A stretch of DNA of 64,000 nt from an uncultured Verrucomicrobiae bacterium (GCA_963836755.1 CAWIKF010000003.1:1-64000); one strand, 5' to 3'; counted from the stretch's first letter, positions 13,004 to 22,535 are shown. Notes: generated by a model from the sequence alone, not told the origin. Numbers and translations: made by a program.

Positions 13004-13551
13004 GGGAAGAGCGCCGGTGTTCGCTTGCGATATTCGCGATACGCATCGCCGAATTTCTCGATGAGCGCCGCCTCCTCGATTCGCAGTCGCAGCAGCAGCG
13101 CCGGAATAAAAATCAACGGAATGATCAGCAGCGTAAAAAACGCGTTCAGGATCAGCGCCAGCGCGACCAGCTCCAGCACCATCGAAAAATACGCCGGGTG
13201 CCGCATCCAGCGGAACGGCCCGCTTTGCACGAACTCATGATTTTCGCGGATCTCCACGTGCAGGCTCCAGAAGCGGCCGAGCGCGGCGATCGCGCGGCCG
13301 CGCAGCCAAAACGAAAAAATCGCGCATGCGATGCCAATGATGAGCCACGGCCACGCAAAAACTTTGCCGCGCAGAAAATATTCCGTGAGCGCTCCGGCGA
13401 AGGTGACGGTGCCGACGATCATGAAAAGACGGAGCGTGAGATTTTCGCGCACTTTGCCGGCGATGGTGTTGCGCTTTTTGTTAATCTCGATCAGCCGCGC
13501 CGTGTAGACGGCGACTGCGCAAAAGATGGGTAGGAGTTGGAGCAGGGTCAT
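12988..13551 (-). CDS. Isoprenylcysteine carboxyl methyltransferase (ICMT) family membrane methyltransferase
   Basis: TM helices; LGRFWS, H...GPFRWMRHPAY and R...EEAAL...FG..Y..Y motifs. Start 13551 (MTLLQ). Confidence 0.9.
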   Translation of the reverse strand: MTLLQLLPIFCAVAVYTARLIEINKKRNTIAGKVRENLTLRLFMIVGTVTFAGALTEYFLRGKVFAWPWLIIGIACAIFSFWLRGRAIAALGRFWSLHVEIRENHEFVQSGPFRWMRHPAYFSMVLELVALALILNAFFTLLIIPLIFIPALLLRLRIEEAALIEKFGDAYREYRKRTPALFPWRII

Positions 13552-13555
13552 GGTT

Positions 13556-13900
13556 TCAGCCTGGCGGCCAATCGAGTTTTCTTTTTCCGAGCAGATGGAT
13601 GTGCAGGTGCGGGACGGCTTCGCCGGAATCGCGGCCATTGTTGATGACCAGTCGGTAGCCGCTTTCAAAAACGCCGAGCTCGCGCGCGATTTTTTGCGAA
13701 GCGATCAGCATCCGCCCGAGCAACTCGGCATCGCTCGCCTCCGCCTCGCCAATCCGCGGAATGACTCGCTTCGGCACGATCAAAACGTGAACCGGCGCCT
13801 GCGGATTCGCATCGCGGAATGCGAGGAAATCCTCCTCCTCAAGGAGAATCTCTGAAGGTATTTCCCGGCGCGCGATCTTTTCAAAAACGGTCGTGCTCAT
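13556..13900 (-). CDS. hinT: Histidine triad nucleotide-binding protein (Hint)
   Basis: VFEKI...EIP, AFRD.NPQAPVH.LIVPK, VPHLHIHLLG and a WPPG C-terminus. Confidence 0.93.
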   Translation of the reverse strand: MSTTVFEKIARREIPSEILLEEEDFLAFRDANPQAPVHVLIVPKRVIPRIGEAEASDAELLGRMLIASQKIARELGVFESGYRLVINNGRDSGEAVPHLHIHLLGKRKLDWPPG

Positions 13901-13902
13901 GG

Positions 13903-14463
13903 TTAGCTCAACGAACAAATCATCTCCTGATTCGGTTTTGCTCCCCCGATTTGCTCGCGCACAAAGGCAACAATCTCCGCACGCAGCGCGTCGCAATCGC
14001 GGCTCCACGCTTTTTTGCCACGCAATTGCCGCACGCATCTCGCCAGCCCGAAAACTTCGCAGTAAGCCGTTTGGCTCGCCACCGCCGATTGCAGCGTCCG
14101 CCCGAGCAAGCCGAAAAACGCCAGCTCGTATCCCGGCCCTGCAGTTCGCACCATTTCCGGCAGCGAAATTTTCACCGGCGGCGGCCCGGGCACGAAATGC
14201 GCCGCCACTTCACCGTAGCCGATCACCTGCAAAACGGCCTGCACAGCCTTTGAAAGTTTTGGCAGCGCCACCACCGGATCGTCAAAACGCGAGCGCAGGT
14301 AGCAGGTCACACTTTCCGCCACCTGCTCGGCGAGCCACCATTGCTCGTAGCCGGCTTTTTGCGCCGCGCGCAGGAGTAAACGCACCAGCCATCCGCGCTC
14401 AAATGCCGCGATTTCCCCATCCTCGAATCTCACCAGCGGTAGTTCGTCGCGAAAGGCAATCAT
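13903..14463 (-). CDS. Hypothetical protein with an N-terminal degenerate ATP-cone-like domain
   Basis: Overlaps the nrdR stop by 4 nt. The pattern VRFEDG...F.R..L...L.RAA...LAEQVAESV...V..VL...GY.EVA..F follows the ATP-cone consensus by eye. Confidence 0.7.
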   Translation of the reverse strand: MIAFRDELPLVRFEDGEIAAFERGWLVRLLLRAAQKAGYEQWWLAEQVAESVTCYLRSRFDDPVVALPKLSKAVQAVLQVIGYGEVAAHFVPGPPPVKISLPEMVRTAGPGYELAFFGLLGRTLQSAVASQTAYCEVFGLARCVRQLRGKKAWSRDCDALRAEIVAFVREQIGGAKPNQEMICSLS

Positions 14464-14948
14464 TTGAAAAGATCCGGTTGCAGCGTGCTCGCCTTTGGCC
14501 GCCGCTCGAGGGATTGGATTTCGTCAATGAACTCACCGATGTCCTGGAAATGCCGATAGACCGAGGCGTAGCGGACATACGCCACTTCATCGAGCGCGTG
14601 CAATTTCTCCATGACTTTGCCGCCAATGACGCTCGACGGGATTTCACGCGGGTGATTCGTCTCGAGATCGTGGATGATTTCCTCGACCGCCTGCTCGATT
14701 ACTTCCATGGAAAGCGGCCGCTTCTCGCACGCCTTCGAGACGCCGCCGAGCAGCTTGTGCCGGTCAAACGGTTCGCCGCGCCCGTCGCGCTTGATCACGC
14801 GGATGTCCGCGCGCTCGAGCTGCTCGTAAGTGGTGAAGCGGAATTCGCAGACGATGCACTCCCGGCGTCTCCGAATGGAGGAACCGTCCTTAGAAAGTCT
14901 GGAATCGATTACTTTATCTTCGATCCCACCGCATTTTGGGCAGCGCAT
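14460..14948 (-). CDS. nrdR: Transcriptional repressor NrdR
   Basis: MRCPKC..., VIDSR, IRRRRECIVC..RFTTYE zinc ribbon; VIKRDG ATP cone; VAYVRYASVY. Confidence 0.97.
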   Translation of the reverse strand: MRCPKCGGIEDKVIDSRLSKDGSSIRRRRECIVCEFRFTTYEQLERADIRVIKRDGRGEPFDRHKLLGGVSKACEKRPLSMEVIEQAVEEIIHDLETNHPREIPSSVIGGKVMEKLHALDEVAYVRYASVYRHFQDIGEFIDEIQSLERRPKASTLQPDLFK

Positions 14949-14973
14949 GGGTCAGGCAAACTACAAACCCCTG

Positions 14974-15001
14974 CTTTTATCACAAGATGTTGTGGTGTCA
15001 A
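14974..15001 (-). promoter_or_regulatory. Sigma70-type promoter of the nrdR operon with an NrdR-box palindrome (14980-14995) in its spacer
   Basis: Minus strand reads TTGACA-N16-TAAAAG with an extended TG. The spacer is TCACAAGATGTTGTGG on the plus strand, close to the NrdR consensus acaCwAtATaTwGtgt. Confidence 0.75.
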
Positions 15002-15045
15002 TTTTTTGTGTCAGACAAACCCCGACCCAATTTTACTCCGACGGC

Positions 15046-16218
15046 TTAAATCCCTGCCCGCTCCAACAACGACTGCAAGACTTTTTCCGCCTCGAAATAC
15101 TCCGCCGCCACCTCATACGCCGCGCGGCAATGCGCGTCGTAATCGGCGTTAATCTCTCGCACCGCCTCCGCGATTTCATCCAAAGTCCGAAAAGCGAACA
15201 GCCCGCGTTGCTGTCCGTAATGCCGCGTGAACCCAGTCTCCTGCGTGATCGCAGGCCGCCCGCACGCGAGGTAGCACGCCGTCCGGTCGCTAAACCATCC
15301 AGTCTCGAGGCGCACGTATTGATCCTTCGCCACGGTGAACTCCCCCTTCGACTCCTGCAGATACTTTTTATAAAGATCGTAGTCGATCGAGAGCGGGTTT
15401 GGGTCCGCGAAACGCCAGCCGTTTTCCTGCAAAAGCGCGCGCGTCTCCCCGTCATTGATCGTCGTCGCCAGCTCGAACTCCTCCCCTGCCCGCGCCGGCG
15501 CCGCGGCAAACTTCAGGAACTCCAGCGATTTGCTCCAGAGATAACGCTCACCGCGCCACTCGATATCTTTTTTCCCACTCGTGTTCCAGTTTGCGACGCT
15601 GGTAAAAACCGCGCCCGGCGGCGGCGGCGCATCGGTTTTCCACAAATCCGTCACCACCGGCTGACGCGTCGGCAGCCATTGGAACCCGTGCGTCGGGACC
15701 GGGAAATTTTCCCGCCCCACATCCTCGCCAAACGTGAAAAGCGCGTGATGCTTTCGCAAATACTCGATCGTCGCCGTTGCGCCCTGGTCGATTTTGATCT
15801 GCTCCACACCCGGATCCGTCTCCACATAAATCAGTCGCTCGCTCAGCAGCAAATCTTCATTGAGCTCCTGCGTTCCGCTCACATTGAGGATTGCATCCGC
15901 GTCGCGATACAGCTCGACGATTCGCTCCTTCGGCAACCCAGCGCACGGCGTCCCCGGCAGAAACCGCGCGCAGTAGCTCCAGCGTCCTTCAAAGCCAAAC
16001 TGCGCGGCCGCTTTTTGCAAAAACGATGCCGCATAGCTGTAATCCTCGTCCTGCGCGTAAGTCACCGGATTATACGGATACCGCGCCGAATCCTCAATGT
16101 AAGTGACCTCATGCCCCAGCCGCATCAGCCCCACGATGTAATGCAAATGCGCCCAAACCACTCCCGCGATCGGGCATCCGCCCATGAAGCCCATGACGAC
16201 GATCTTCTTGCGTTTCAT
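15046..16218 (-). CDS. Putative GT-B fold glycosyltransferase-like protein
   Basis: N-terminal KIVVMG...GL.RLGHEV.YIE; C-terminal WFSDR..CYLACGRP.I.QETG, resembling GT4/CgeB-type C-domains. Confidence 0.65.
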   Translation of the reverse strand: MKRKKIVVMGFMGGCPIAGVVWAHLHYIVGLMRLGHEVTYIEDSARYPYNPVTYAQDEDYSYAASFLQKAAAQFGFEGRWSYCARFLPGTPCAGLPKERIVELYRDADAILNVSGTQELNEDLLLSERLIYVETDPGVEQIKIDQGATATIEYLRKHHALFTFGEDVGRENFPVPTHGFQWLPTRQPVVTDLWKTDAPPPPGAVFTSVANWNTSGKKDIEWRGERYLWSKSLEFLKFAAAPARAGEEFELATTINDGETRALLQENGWRFADPNPLSIDYDLYKKYLQESKGEFTVAKDQYVRLETGWFSDRTACYLACGRPAITQETGFTRHYGQQRGLFAFRTLDEIAEAVREINADYDAHCRAAYEVAAEYFEAEKVLQSLLERAGI

Positions 16219-16243
16219 TCTTCGGTAAAAAGTTGCCGGCGCT

Positions 16244-16831
16244 TCATCGCAGCTCCTTTACCACCACCGCCGGGTTTCCCGCGACGACTACATTTTCCGG
16301 AATGCTCTTCGAAACAACCGAGCCCGCCGCGACCACGGAGTTCTCGCCGATGGTCACGCCTTTCAAGATGACGGCATTCATCCCAATCCAAACATTGTCG
16401 CCGATCTTCACCGGCCGCGTCCCAATCGCCGGCCGCTCCGGCCGCTCCAGCGCAAAGGGCGCGCACGCCCGCGCGTCAATGCGCCGCAGTGCCGGCTCGA
16501 GCGGGTGAAAATCCGAGTCGGCGATGCCAACGTTCCAGGAGATCAGGCAATAGGCGCCGATTTCGATGGAGTCCTCGGCCATGAGCAGCGCGCCGTTGAG
16601 CAGCGTGTAATCGCCCACTTTGCAGCGGCCGTTTTTGCCAATGGCAAACGAGACGCCCGCGTAGCAGGAGACATTCTCGCCGAGCTCCACCGCGGGGTCT
16701 CGCGTGCTTTTGAGAAAGCGAAAAATCTGCGCTGTCTCGCAGTAAAATCCGTCGCCCCAGGTGACGTTCGGCGGAATCGGATCCTTCCACCAATCTTGCT
16801 CGATGCGGCGGTCTGCGGTGATGTTTGTCAT
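16244..16831 (-). CDS. Hexapeptide-repeat (LbH) acyltransferase
   Basis: DSDFHP and IGDNVWIG...[19 protein letters not shown]...VVAGNPA. Confidence 0.92.
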   Translation of the reverse strand: MTNITADRRIEQDWWKDPIPPNVTWGDGFYCETAQIFRFLKSTRDPAVELGENVSCYAGVSFAIGKNGRCKVGDYTLLNGALLMAEDSIEIGAYCLISWNVGIADSDFHPLEPALRRIDARACAPFALERPERPAIGTRPVKIGDNVWIGMNAVILKGVTIGENSVVAAGSVVSKSIPENVVVAGNPAVVVKELR

Positions 16832-16939
16832 CGGTTGTTTCTAAGCACGGATGGAGACGGATGGAACATTGATTTCATAAACAGTTCTACGCGCGCTCTT
16901 CTTGACGTCCGTCGTTCATTTCCATTCATGCGCGCGAAA

Positions 16940-18715
16940 TTAATGGCCCAAATTCGCGGAGCGAAAAAGCCCGGCATACACGCCATTCTTCGCGACCAAC
17001 TCAGGCCCGGTGCCGGTCTCCGCGATCTCGCCGTTCTTTAAAACGACGATTTTTTCCATGTCGTGAACCGTCGCGATCCGATGCGTGATGATGAGCGTCG
17101 TGCGACCGCGCATCAGTTCCTTGATCGTCTCCATGATTGCCGCCTCGGTCGTCGGATCGAGCGCGCTCGTCGGCTCGTCGAGAAGCAGGATCGGCGCGTT
17201 TTTTAAAAATGCGCGAGCGATGCCGAGTCGCTGCCGTTGTCCGACAGAAAGATGTCCGCCGCGTTCTCCAACCTGCGCGCGGTAGCCGTCTTGCATCTGC
17301 AGGATAAAATCGTGCGCCTGCGCGCGCTTCGCCGCCTCGATGATTTCCGCCTCGCTCGCGCCGGGGCGCCCGTAGGCAATATTCTCGCGAATGGTCGTCG
17401 AGAAAAGCAAAGTGTCTTGTAAAACAATGCTCATCTGTTTGCGCAACGATTGCTTCGTAACCTCGCGAACGTTTTTGCCGTCGATCAACACGCGCCCGCC
17501 CGTCGGATCGTAAAACCGCGGGACAAGCGAAAGCAGCGTAGTCTTTCCCGCGCCGGTGCCGCCCACGAATGCGACCGTCTGGCCCGGTTCGATGCGGACG
17601 TTGATGTTTTTTAAAATCGCGCGCGTCTCGTCGTAACCAAAACCGACGTTTTCAAACCCGATCCCGCCGCGCGTTGTTTGTAGAACCACCGCTTTCGGAT
17701 CGTCGGGCACGTCATCCTCCCGGTCGAGCACTTCAAAGCACCGCGCCGCTCCCGCCGCCGCGCCCTCGAGCACCCAGCCCACCTGCGTCAGCGCTTCGAG
17801 CGGCTGGTAAAGCGTGACGAGATACGTGCCGATCGCGATCAAACTTTGCAGCGAAAGCGAGCCATGCAGCACGTGCATCGAGCCGATGAAATACATCGCC
17901 GCCGTCGCCACCGCCATTAGCGTGCTGACTACCAGCGAGCTCTTCATCGACGTTCGCTGAAGTTTTACATTCGCTTCCAGACTGCCGGTCGCGCTTGTCT
18001 GGAATTGCCGCACTTCATGCTCCTCGCGACCGAACGCCTGCACCATGCGAATGCTGCTCAGCCCTTCCTGCGCGGCGGCCAGCAGCGCGCTTTCGCGCTC
18101 GGCGATCGTCGTCGATTCCGTGCGGATGCGATGCGCGAAAAGCCGGAACGTGCCGACCATCAAAGGCAGCACGAGCAGCGAGAGCAGCGTGAGCTGCCAG
18201 TCGAGCCAGCACATTGCCGCAAACGTGCTCGCGACCGTGATGAGCGTCTGGAAAATGAAAGTCGCACGGGAGTAAAAAGTTTGGACCGACTGCGAATCGT
18301 AAGCGACGCGGAAGCTCGAATCGGCGCTTCGCCGCGTGTCGTGGAACTTTAACGGCAGTGCGTGGAGATACGCATAGAGCTCGGTGCGCAGCCGCAGCAA
18401 TCCTTGCAAGCCGACGCGCACGTAGATCATCGTGCCGACCAAGTTCAACCAGCCTGTTAAGATTTGTAAAACAATCATCACCGCGCACAAAACGGCAATG
18501 ATTTGCAACGCGCTCCAGTTTGAAAAATTCACCCAGCCGATGTGGCCGACCGGCTCGCCTTTCGCCGCAGCCGGCAGAACTTTCGCGATGATGATTGCGA
18601 ACGGCCACGGCTTCAAAAGATTGAGCGGAATACCAAGCAGTGTCAGCAAAGTCGCCACAGCCGTCTGCCCGAAGAACGGCTGGAAATAAGCGAGCGTGCG
18701 GCGATAAACGGACAT
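16940..18715 (-). CDS. ABC transporter, fused permease/ATP-binding protein (MsbA-like exporter)
   Basis: TM domain, Walker A GGTGAGKT, LSVGQRQR signature, LLLDEPTSALD and H-loop. Start 18715. Confidence 0.93.
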   Translation of the reverse strand: MSVYRRTLAYFQPFFGQTAVATLLTLLGIPLNLLKPWPFAIIIAKVLPAAAKGEPVGHIGWVNFSNWSALQIIAVLCAVMIVLQILTGWLNLVGTMIYVRVGLQGLLRLRTELYAYLHALPLKFHDTRRSADSSFRVAYDSQSVQTFYSRATFIFQTLITVASTFAAMCWLDWQLTLLSLLVLPLMVGTFRLFAHRIRTESTTIAERESALLAAAQEGLSSIRMVQAFGREEHEVRQFQTSATGSLEANVKLQRTSMKSSLVVSTLMAVATAAMYFIGSMHVLHGSLSLQSLIAIGTYLVTLYQPLEALTQVGWVLEGAAAGAARCFEVLDREDDVPDDPKAVVLQTTRGGIGFENVGFGYDETRAILKNINVRIEPGQTVAFVGGTGAGKTTLLSLVPRFYDPTGGRVLIDGKNVREVTKQSLRKQMSIVLQDTLLFSTTIRENIAYGRPGASEAEIIEAAKRAQAHDFILQMQDGYRAQVGERGGHLSVGQRQRLGIARAFLKNAPILLLDEPTSALDPTTEAAIMETIKELMRGRTTLIITHRIATVHDMEKIVVLKNGEIAETGTGPELVAKNGVYAGLFRSANLGH

Positions 18716-18786
18716 GAGGCGCGGAAATGGAAACTGGTTGACGAGAGGATTGCAACGCTTCTTCAAACGCGTTTGACTCGCTGCGG

Positions 18787-19452
18787 ATGAGCAACCGCTT
18801 TCACGATATCCAGCACCGCGCGACGGCCGCCGCACGCGATTGGCGGCAGACACTCGCGCTTTTGCGGAACACATTTTTCACCGGCGTCGTCGTCGCGATT
18901 CCAATCATCGTGACGATCTGGGTGCTCAACGTCGCCTACAATTTCATCAACGGCATCAGCGCGCCGTTTCTCCAGAAACTCCGCGTCGAATTTCCCGGCC
19001 TAGGTTTTTGCTTCACGCTGCTGATGCTCCTCGCGCTCGGCTTCATGGCGACCAATGTCCTCGGCCAGCGCCTGCTCGAGATCGTGGAAAATCTGCTGCT
19101 GAAAATTCCGGTGGTCGCGACGATTTACGCGGGTGTTAAACAGATCATCGACTCCATCAAGTCGTTTAACAATGTATCAAACTTCAAGCGCGTCGCCTAC
19201 ATCGAGTATCCGTCGGAAGGGTGCAAGCTGATCGGCTTCGTCACCGGTGTTTTTTTTGACGAAAAAATCGGCTTCGAGATGACCTCGGTCGTCATTCCCA
19301 CCGCGCCGAATCCGATGACCGGCATCGTCGTCGTCGTGCCGTCGCATAAGGTCATCGACAGCTCGCTCACAATCGAGGAAGCGACGAAGCTCATCGTCTC
19401 CGCCGGCCTCGTCGCGCCGAAGCGGCGGATTGAAATTCCCACGCCATGCTGA
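18787..19452 (+). CDS. DUF502 family membrane protein
   Basis: F.TG...IPI..T, LL.KIP....IY..VKQ, EYP and IPTAPNPMTG...IVSAG motifs. Confidence 0.88.
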   Translation: MSNRFHDIQHRATAAARDWRQTLALLRNTFFTGVVVAIPIIVTIWVLNVAYNFINGISAPFLQKLRVEFPGLGFCFTLLMLLALGFMATNVLGQRLLEIVENLLLKIPVVATIYAGVKQIIDSIKSFNNVSNFKRVAYIEYPSEGCKLIGFVTGVFFDEKIGFEMTSVVIPTAPNPMTGIVVVVPSHKVIDSSLTIEEATKLIVSAGLVAPKRRIEIPTPC

Positions 19453-20261
19453 TCGCGAGCGGAGTCCGTTTTCTCGCGAGAAAATTCCAGCGACTGCCGC
19501 CCGTGCAGGCGCTGCTTGAGCGCGAATTCGAGCAATATTTTGCAACGTGCCCGTTCCGCGTTTTTCGTGGCGTTTATCGCGATTTTGCTGAGGCGGAAAA
19601 ATGCGCGCCAAAGACCGCTGGCATTGGATTCGACCTGCCCGACGCCGCGAAAATCTACAACGAAAAGTTCATCTGGATTTTCCCGAGCGATTACCCCGCG
19701 ATGCTCTGGCTCTCGCGCGCGTTTCGCGACAGCAGCCGCATCTTCGATTACGGCGGCAATGTCGGCATTTCGTTTTATTCTTTCCGCAAATATCTCGACT
19801 ACCCGCCGAACATCGATTGGACCGTTTGCGAGGTGCCCGCCGTTGTCGAGAATGGTAAAAAACTTGCGCGCGAGCAGGGCCATCCCGAGCTGAAATTCAC
19901 GAGCGATTTCGCGGACGCCGATGGCACGGAGATCCTCTTCGCATCAGGCGCCGTGCAATTTATCGAGACGCCGCTGCACGTAAATCTCGCGCGCCTGAAA
20001 GTGAAGCCGCGGCACATCATCATCAACCGCCTGCCGCTGCGCGAGGGGCCGCACGTCGTGACACTGCAAAGCATCGGCTCGGCGTTTTGCCCGAACCATA
20101 TTTTCAACGCGAATGAGTTCATCGAGTCGATCACGTCGCTCGGCTACGAGCTGATCGACCGCTGGCGCAATCCAGATTTTGCCTACATCATTCCGTTTCA
20201 TCCGGACGAATCGGTGCGGGAGCAAAGCGGCCTTTATTTTCGGCAAAAAGCGGATGCCTGA
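19446..20261 (+). CDS. Putative SAM-dependent methyltransferase (TIGR04325/LIC12133-like)
   Basis: FRGVY..F.EA, IFDYGGNVG, W.VCEVP.VV..G and SGAVQF motifs. Confidence 0.75.
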   Translation: MLIASGVRFLARKFQRLPPVQALLEREFEQYFATCPFRVFRGVYRDFAEAEKCAPKTAGIGFDLPDAAKIYNEKFIWIFPSDYPAMLWLSRAFRDSSRIFDYGGNVGISFYSFRKYLDYPPNIDWTVCEVPAVVENGKKLAREQGHPELKFTSDFADADGTEILFASGAVQFIETPLHVNLARLKVKPRHIIINRLPLREGPHVVTLQSIGSAFCPNHIFNANEFIESITSLGYELIDRWRNPDFAYIIPFHPDESVREQSGLYFRQKADA

Positions 20262-20287
20262 TTCGCAGTGCGTGTAATTTTTTCCGC

Positions 20288-21634
20288 ATGGACGCACACC
20301 TCGAGCAGCTTTTTGAATTCCTAAAATTCCGCAGCATTTCCACGGAAAAAAATCACACGCCAGACGTTGCGAATTGCGCGGAATGGCTCGTCGCAAAACT
20401 TAAAAACATCGGCATGGCAGCCGAGCTTCATCCGACTGCCGGACATCCGATCGTCGTCGCGAAAAAAAACGCATCGCTCGCGAATCGGCCAACAGTCTTG
20501 ATCTACGGGCACTACGATGTGCAGCCGGTCGATCCGGTGCAGCTTTGGGACACGCCGCCGTTTGAGCCGCGCATTGAGAATGGCCGCATCTTTGCGCGCG
20601 GCGCGACGGACAACAAAGGCCAGATTCTCGCGCACATTCTCGGCGTCGGCGAAATGCTCGCGCGCGATGGAAATTTGCCGCTGAACGTCATCTTTCTCAT
20701 CGAGGGCGAGGAGGAAATCGGCAGCCCGAGTCTTGGGCCATTCCTCGAAAAAAATCGCGACGCGCTTCGCTGCGATGTCGTTGCAATCTCCGACACCGGA
20801 ATGGTCGCGCCGGGCTGGCCGACGCTGACTTACAGCCTGCGCGGCATCGCGTCGCTCGAGGTCAAAGTCAGCGGCCCCGCGATGGATTTGCACAGCGGCA
20901 TCTACGGCGGCGCGGTGATGAATCCGATCGCCGCGCTCGCCCGAATGCTCGCGAGTTTGCACGACGCGGATGGACGAATCGCCGTGCCCGGATTCTGCGA
21001 CGAAGCCGCGCCGTTGCAGGATTGGGAAAAAAGTGCGTGGGCAACTTTGCCGCTCGGCGACGCGGAATTGCGGGAGGTCACGGGCGTGCCGGAACTTTTT
21101 GGCGAGGCGGGATTCAGCGCGCTCGAGCGCATCTGGTCGCGACCCACGATCGAGATCAACGGCATCACCGGTGGCTACCAGGGCGAAGGAACGAAAACCG
21201 TCATTCCTCGCGAAGCCTCTGCCAAGCTGACTTTCCGGCTCGTGCCGAATCAGCATCCCGAACAATGCGTTAAACAAGTGCGCGAGCATCTCGCGCGCGT
21301 CGCGCCACCTTCCGTGCGCGTGGAATTTTTCGGCGGACACACCGGCGAGCCTTTTTTCACCGATCCGCAATCGCCGGCCGGGCTTGCAGCGCAGCGCGCG
21401 CTTGTCGAAACCTTCGGCGGCAAAGTTGCGCTGATCCGCGAAGGCGGCTCAATTCCGATTTTGCAGAGTTTTAAACAAATATTAAATGCCGACATTTTGC
21501 TGGCCGGCCTCGCGCTGCCCGATTGCCGCGCGCATTCGCCGAATGAAAACTTTCCTGTGGAAAATTTCCACGCGGGCATTCGGCTCAACCAGGCGCTGCT
21601 GCGCGAGCTCGCGTCGTTGCTAAGGGGCGCGTAA
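20288..21634 (+). CDS. M20 family dipeptidase
   Basis: YGHYDVQP, ARGATDNKGQ, EGEEEIGS, DLHSG, GGSIP and HSPNE. Confidence 0.93.
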   Translation: MDAHLEQLFEFLKFRSISTEKNHTPDVANCAEWLVAKLKNIGMAAELHPTAGHPIVVAKKNASLANRPTVLIYGHYDVQPVDPVQLWDTPPFEPRIENGRIFARGATDNKGQILAHILGVGEMLARDGNLPLNVIFLIEGEEEIGSPSLGPFLEKNRDALRCDVVAISDTGMVAPGWPTLTYSLRGIASLEVKVSGPAMDLHSGIYGGAVMNPIAALARMLASLHDADGRIAVPGFCDEAAPLQDWEKSAWATLPLGDAELREVTGVPELFGEAGFSALERIWSRPTIEINGITGGYQGEGTKTVIPREASAKLTFRLVPNQHPEQCVKQVREHLARVAPPSVRVEFFGGHTGEPFFTDPQSPAGLAAQRALVETFGGKVALIREGGSIPILQSFKQILNADILLAGLALPDCRAHSPNENFPVENFHAGIRLNQALLRELASLLRGA

Positions 21635-21662
21635 AAAGTTGCGCCGAGCCGATTGCCTTTCC

Positions 21663-22535
21663 GTGACACTTTTTAAAAAACTCCTCGCGCCGGCTGCGGC
21701 TGCGCTCGTTCTTTTCGCGCCGCGCGCCGCGTTTTCGCAGGATGACGATTCGACTCCCGCGCCGCGCCACCACAAGCATCACGCGCAGGACGACTCGTCG
21801 CCGAAGCCGAAATCAAGCGCTTCGCCGACGAAGAAAAAGCATGCCGCTTCTTCGCCGACGCCCGACGATGAGGAAACGCCGAAGCCGAAATCGTCGCCGA
21901 AAAAATCCGACGATTCGGATGAAAAACCCGCGGTGTCGCCGAGCGCCTCCGTCACGCCGCACGCGGCGGAAAATGTTTCGCTCGATCCATCGCAGCTCGT
22001 GGAATTTGAAAAGCAACCCGAGCGCGTGCGCGGCGTCATCGTTTCCGCGCTTGCGCTCACGAAACAAAATTTGGCCTACACTTACGGCTCGGACGATCCG
22101 GCGAATGGCGGCATGGATTGCTCGGGATTCATCTACCACGTGCTGCGAGAGAATGGCGTGATGGATGTGCCGCGCGACGCGAGCGGCCAATACACATGGG
22201 TTCGGAAGGCCGACAACTTCGAAGCGGTGCTGAGCCGCAAAAAAAATTCGTTCGAGTTGAAGGACCTGCATCCAGGCGACCTGCTTTTCTGGACCGGCAC
22301 TTATTCCACCGAAAAAGATCCGCCCGTCACGCACACGATGATTTATCTCGGCACGGAAAAAAAGAGCGGCCGCCCCGTCATGGCCGGCTCCAGCGACGGG
22401 CGCACCTATGATGGAATTTCGCGCTGGGGCGTGAGCGTTTTTGATTTCAAGACGACGACAACTCCGCCCGGCCCCGAGGCGAAAACCGCGCCAATGTTCG
22501 TCGGCTACGGAAGCGTGCCCGGTTTGCGGCAGTAA
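21663..22535 (+). CDS. Secreted NlpC/P60 family hydrolase with a long low-complexity N-terminal linker
   Basis: Signal peptide, S/P/K/D-rich linker, Y.YG...GMDCSG, PGDLLFW and THTMIY. GTG start at 21663. Confidence 0.85.
   Translation: MTLFKKLLAPAAAALVLFAPRAAFSQDDDSTPAPRHHKHHAQDDSSPKPKSSASPTKKKHAASSPTPDDEETPKPKSSPKKSDDSDEKPAVSPSASVTPHAAENVSLDPSQLVEFEKQPERVRGVIVSALALTKQNLAYTYGSDDPANGGMDCSGFIYHVLRENGVMDVPRDASGQYTWVRKADNFEAVLSRKKNSFELKDLHPGDLLFWTGTYSTEKDPPVTHTMIYLGTEKKSGRPVMAGSSDGRTYDGISRWGVSVFDFKTTTTPPGPEAKTAPMFVGYGSVPGLRQ

Noticed and set aside
14830..16371. 513-aa plus-strand ORF, and similar long antisense ORFs such as 41238-42575, 24092-25207 and 13893-15152
   Set aside because: They lie opposite well-supported genes, are Arg/Pro-rich and have no motifs. 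These are shadow ORFs expected in GC-rich DNA.
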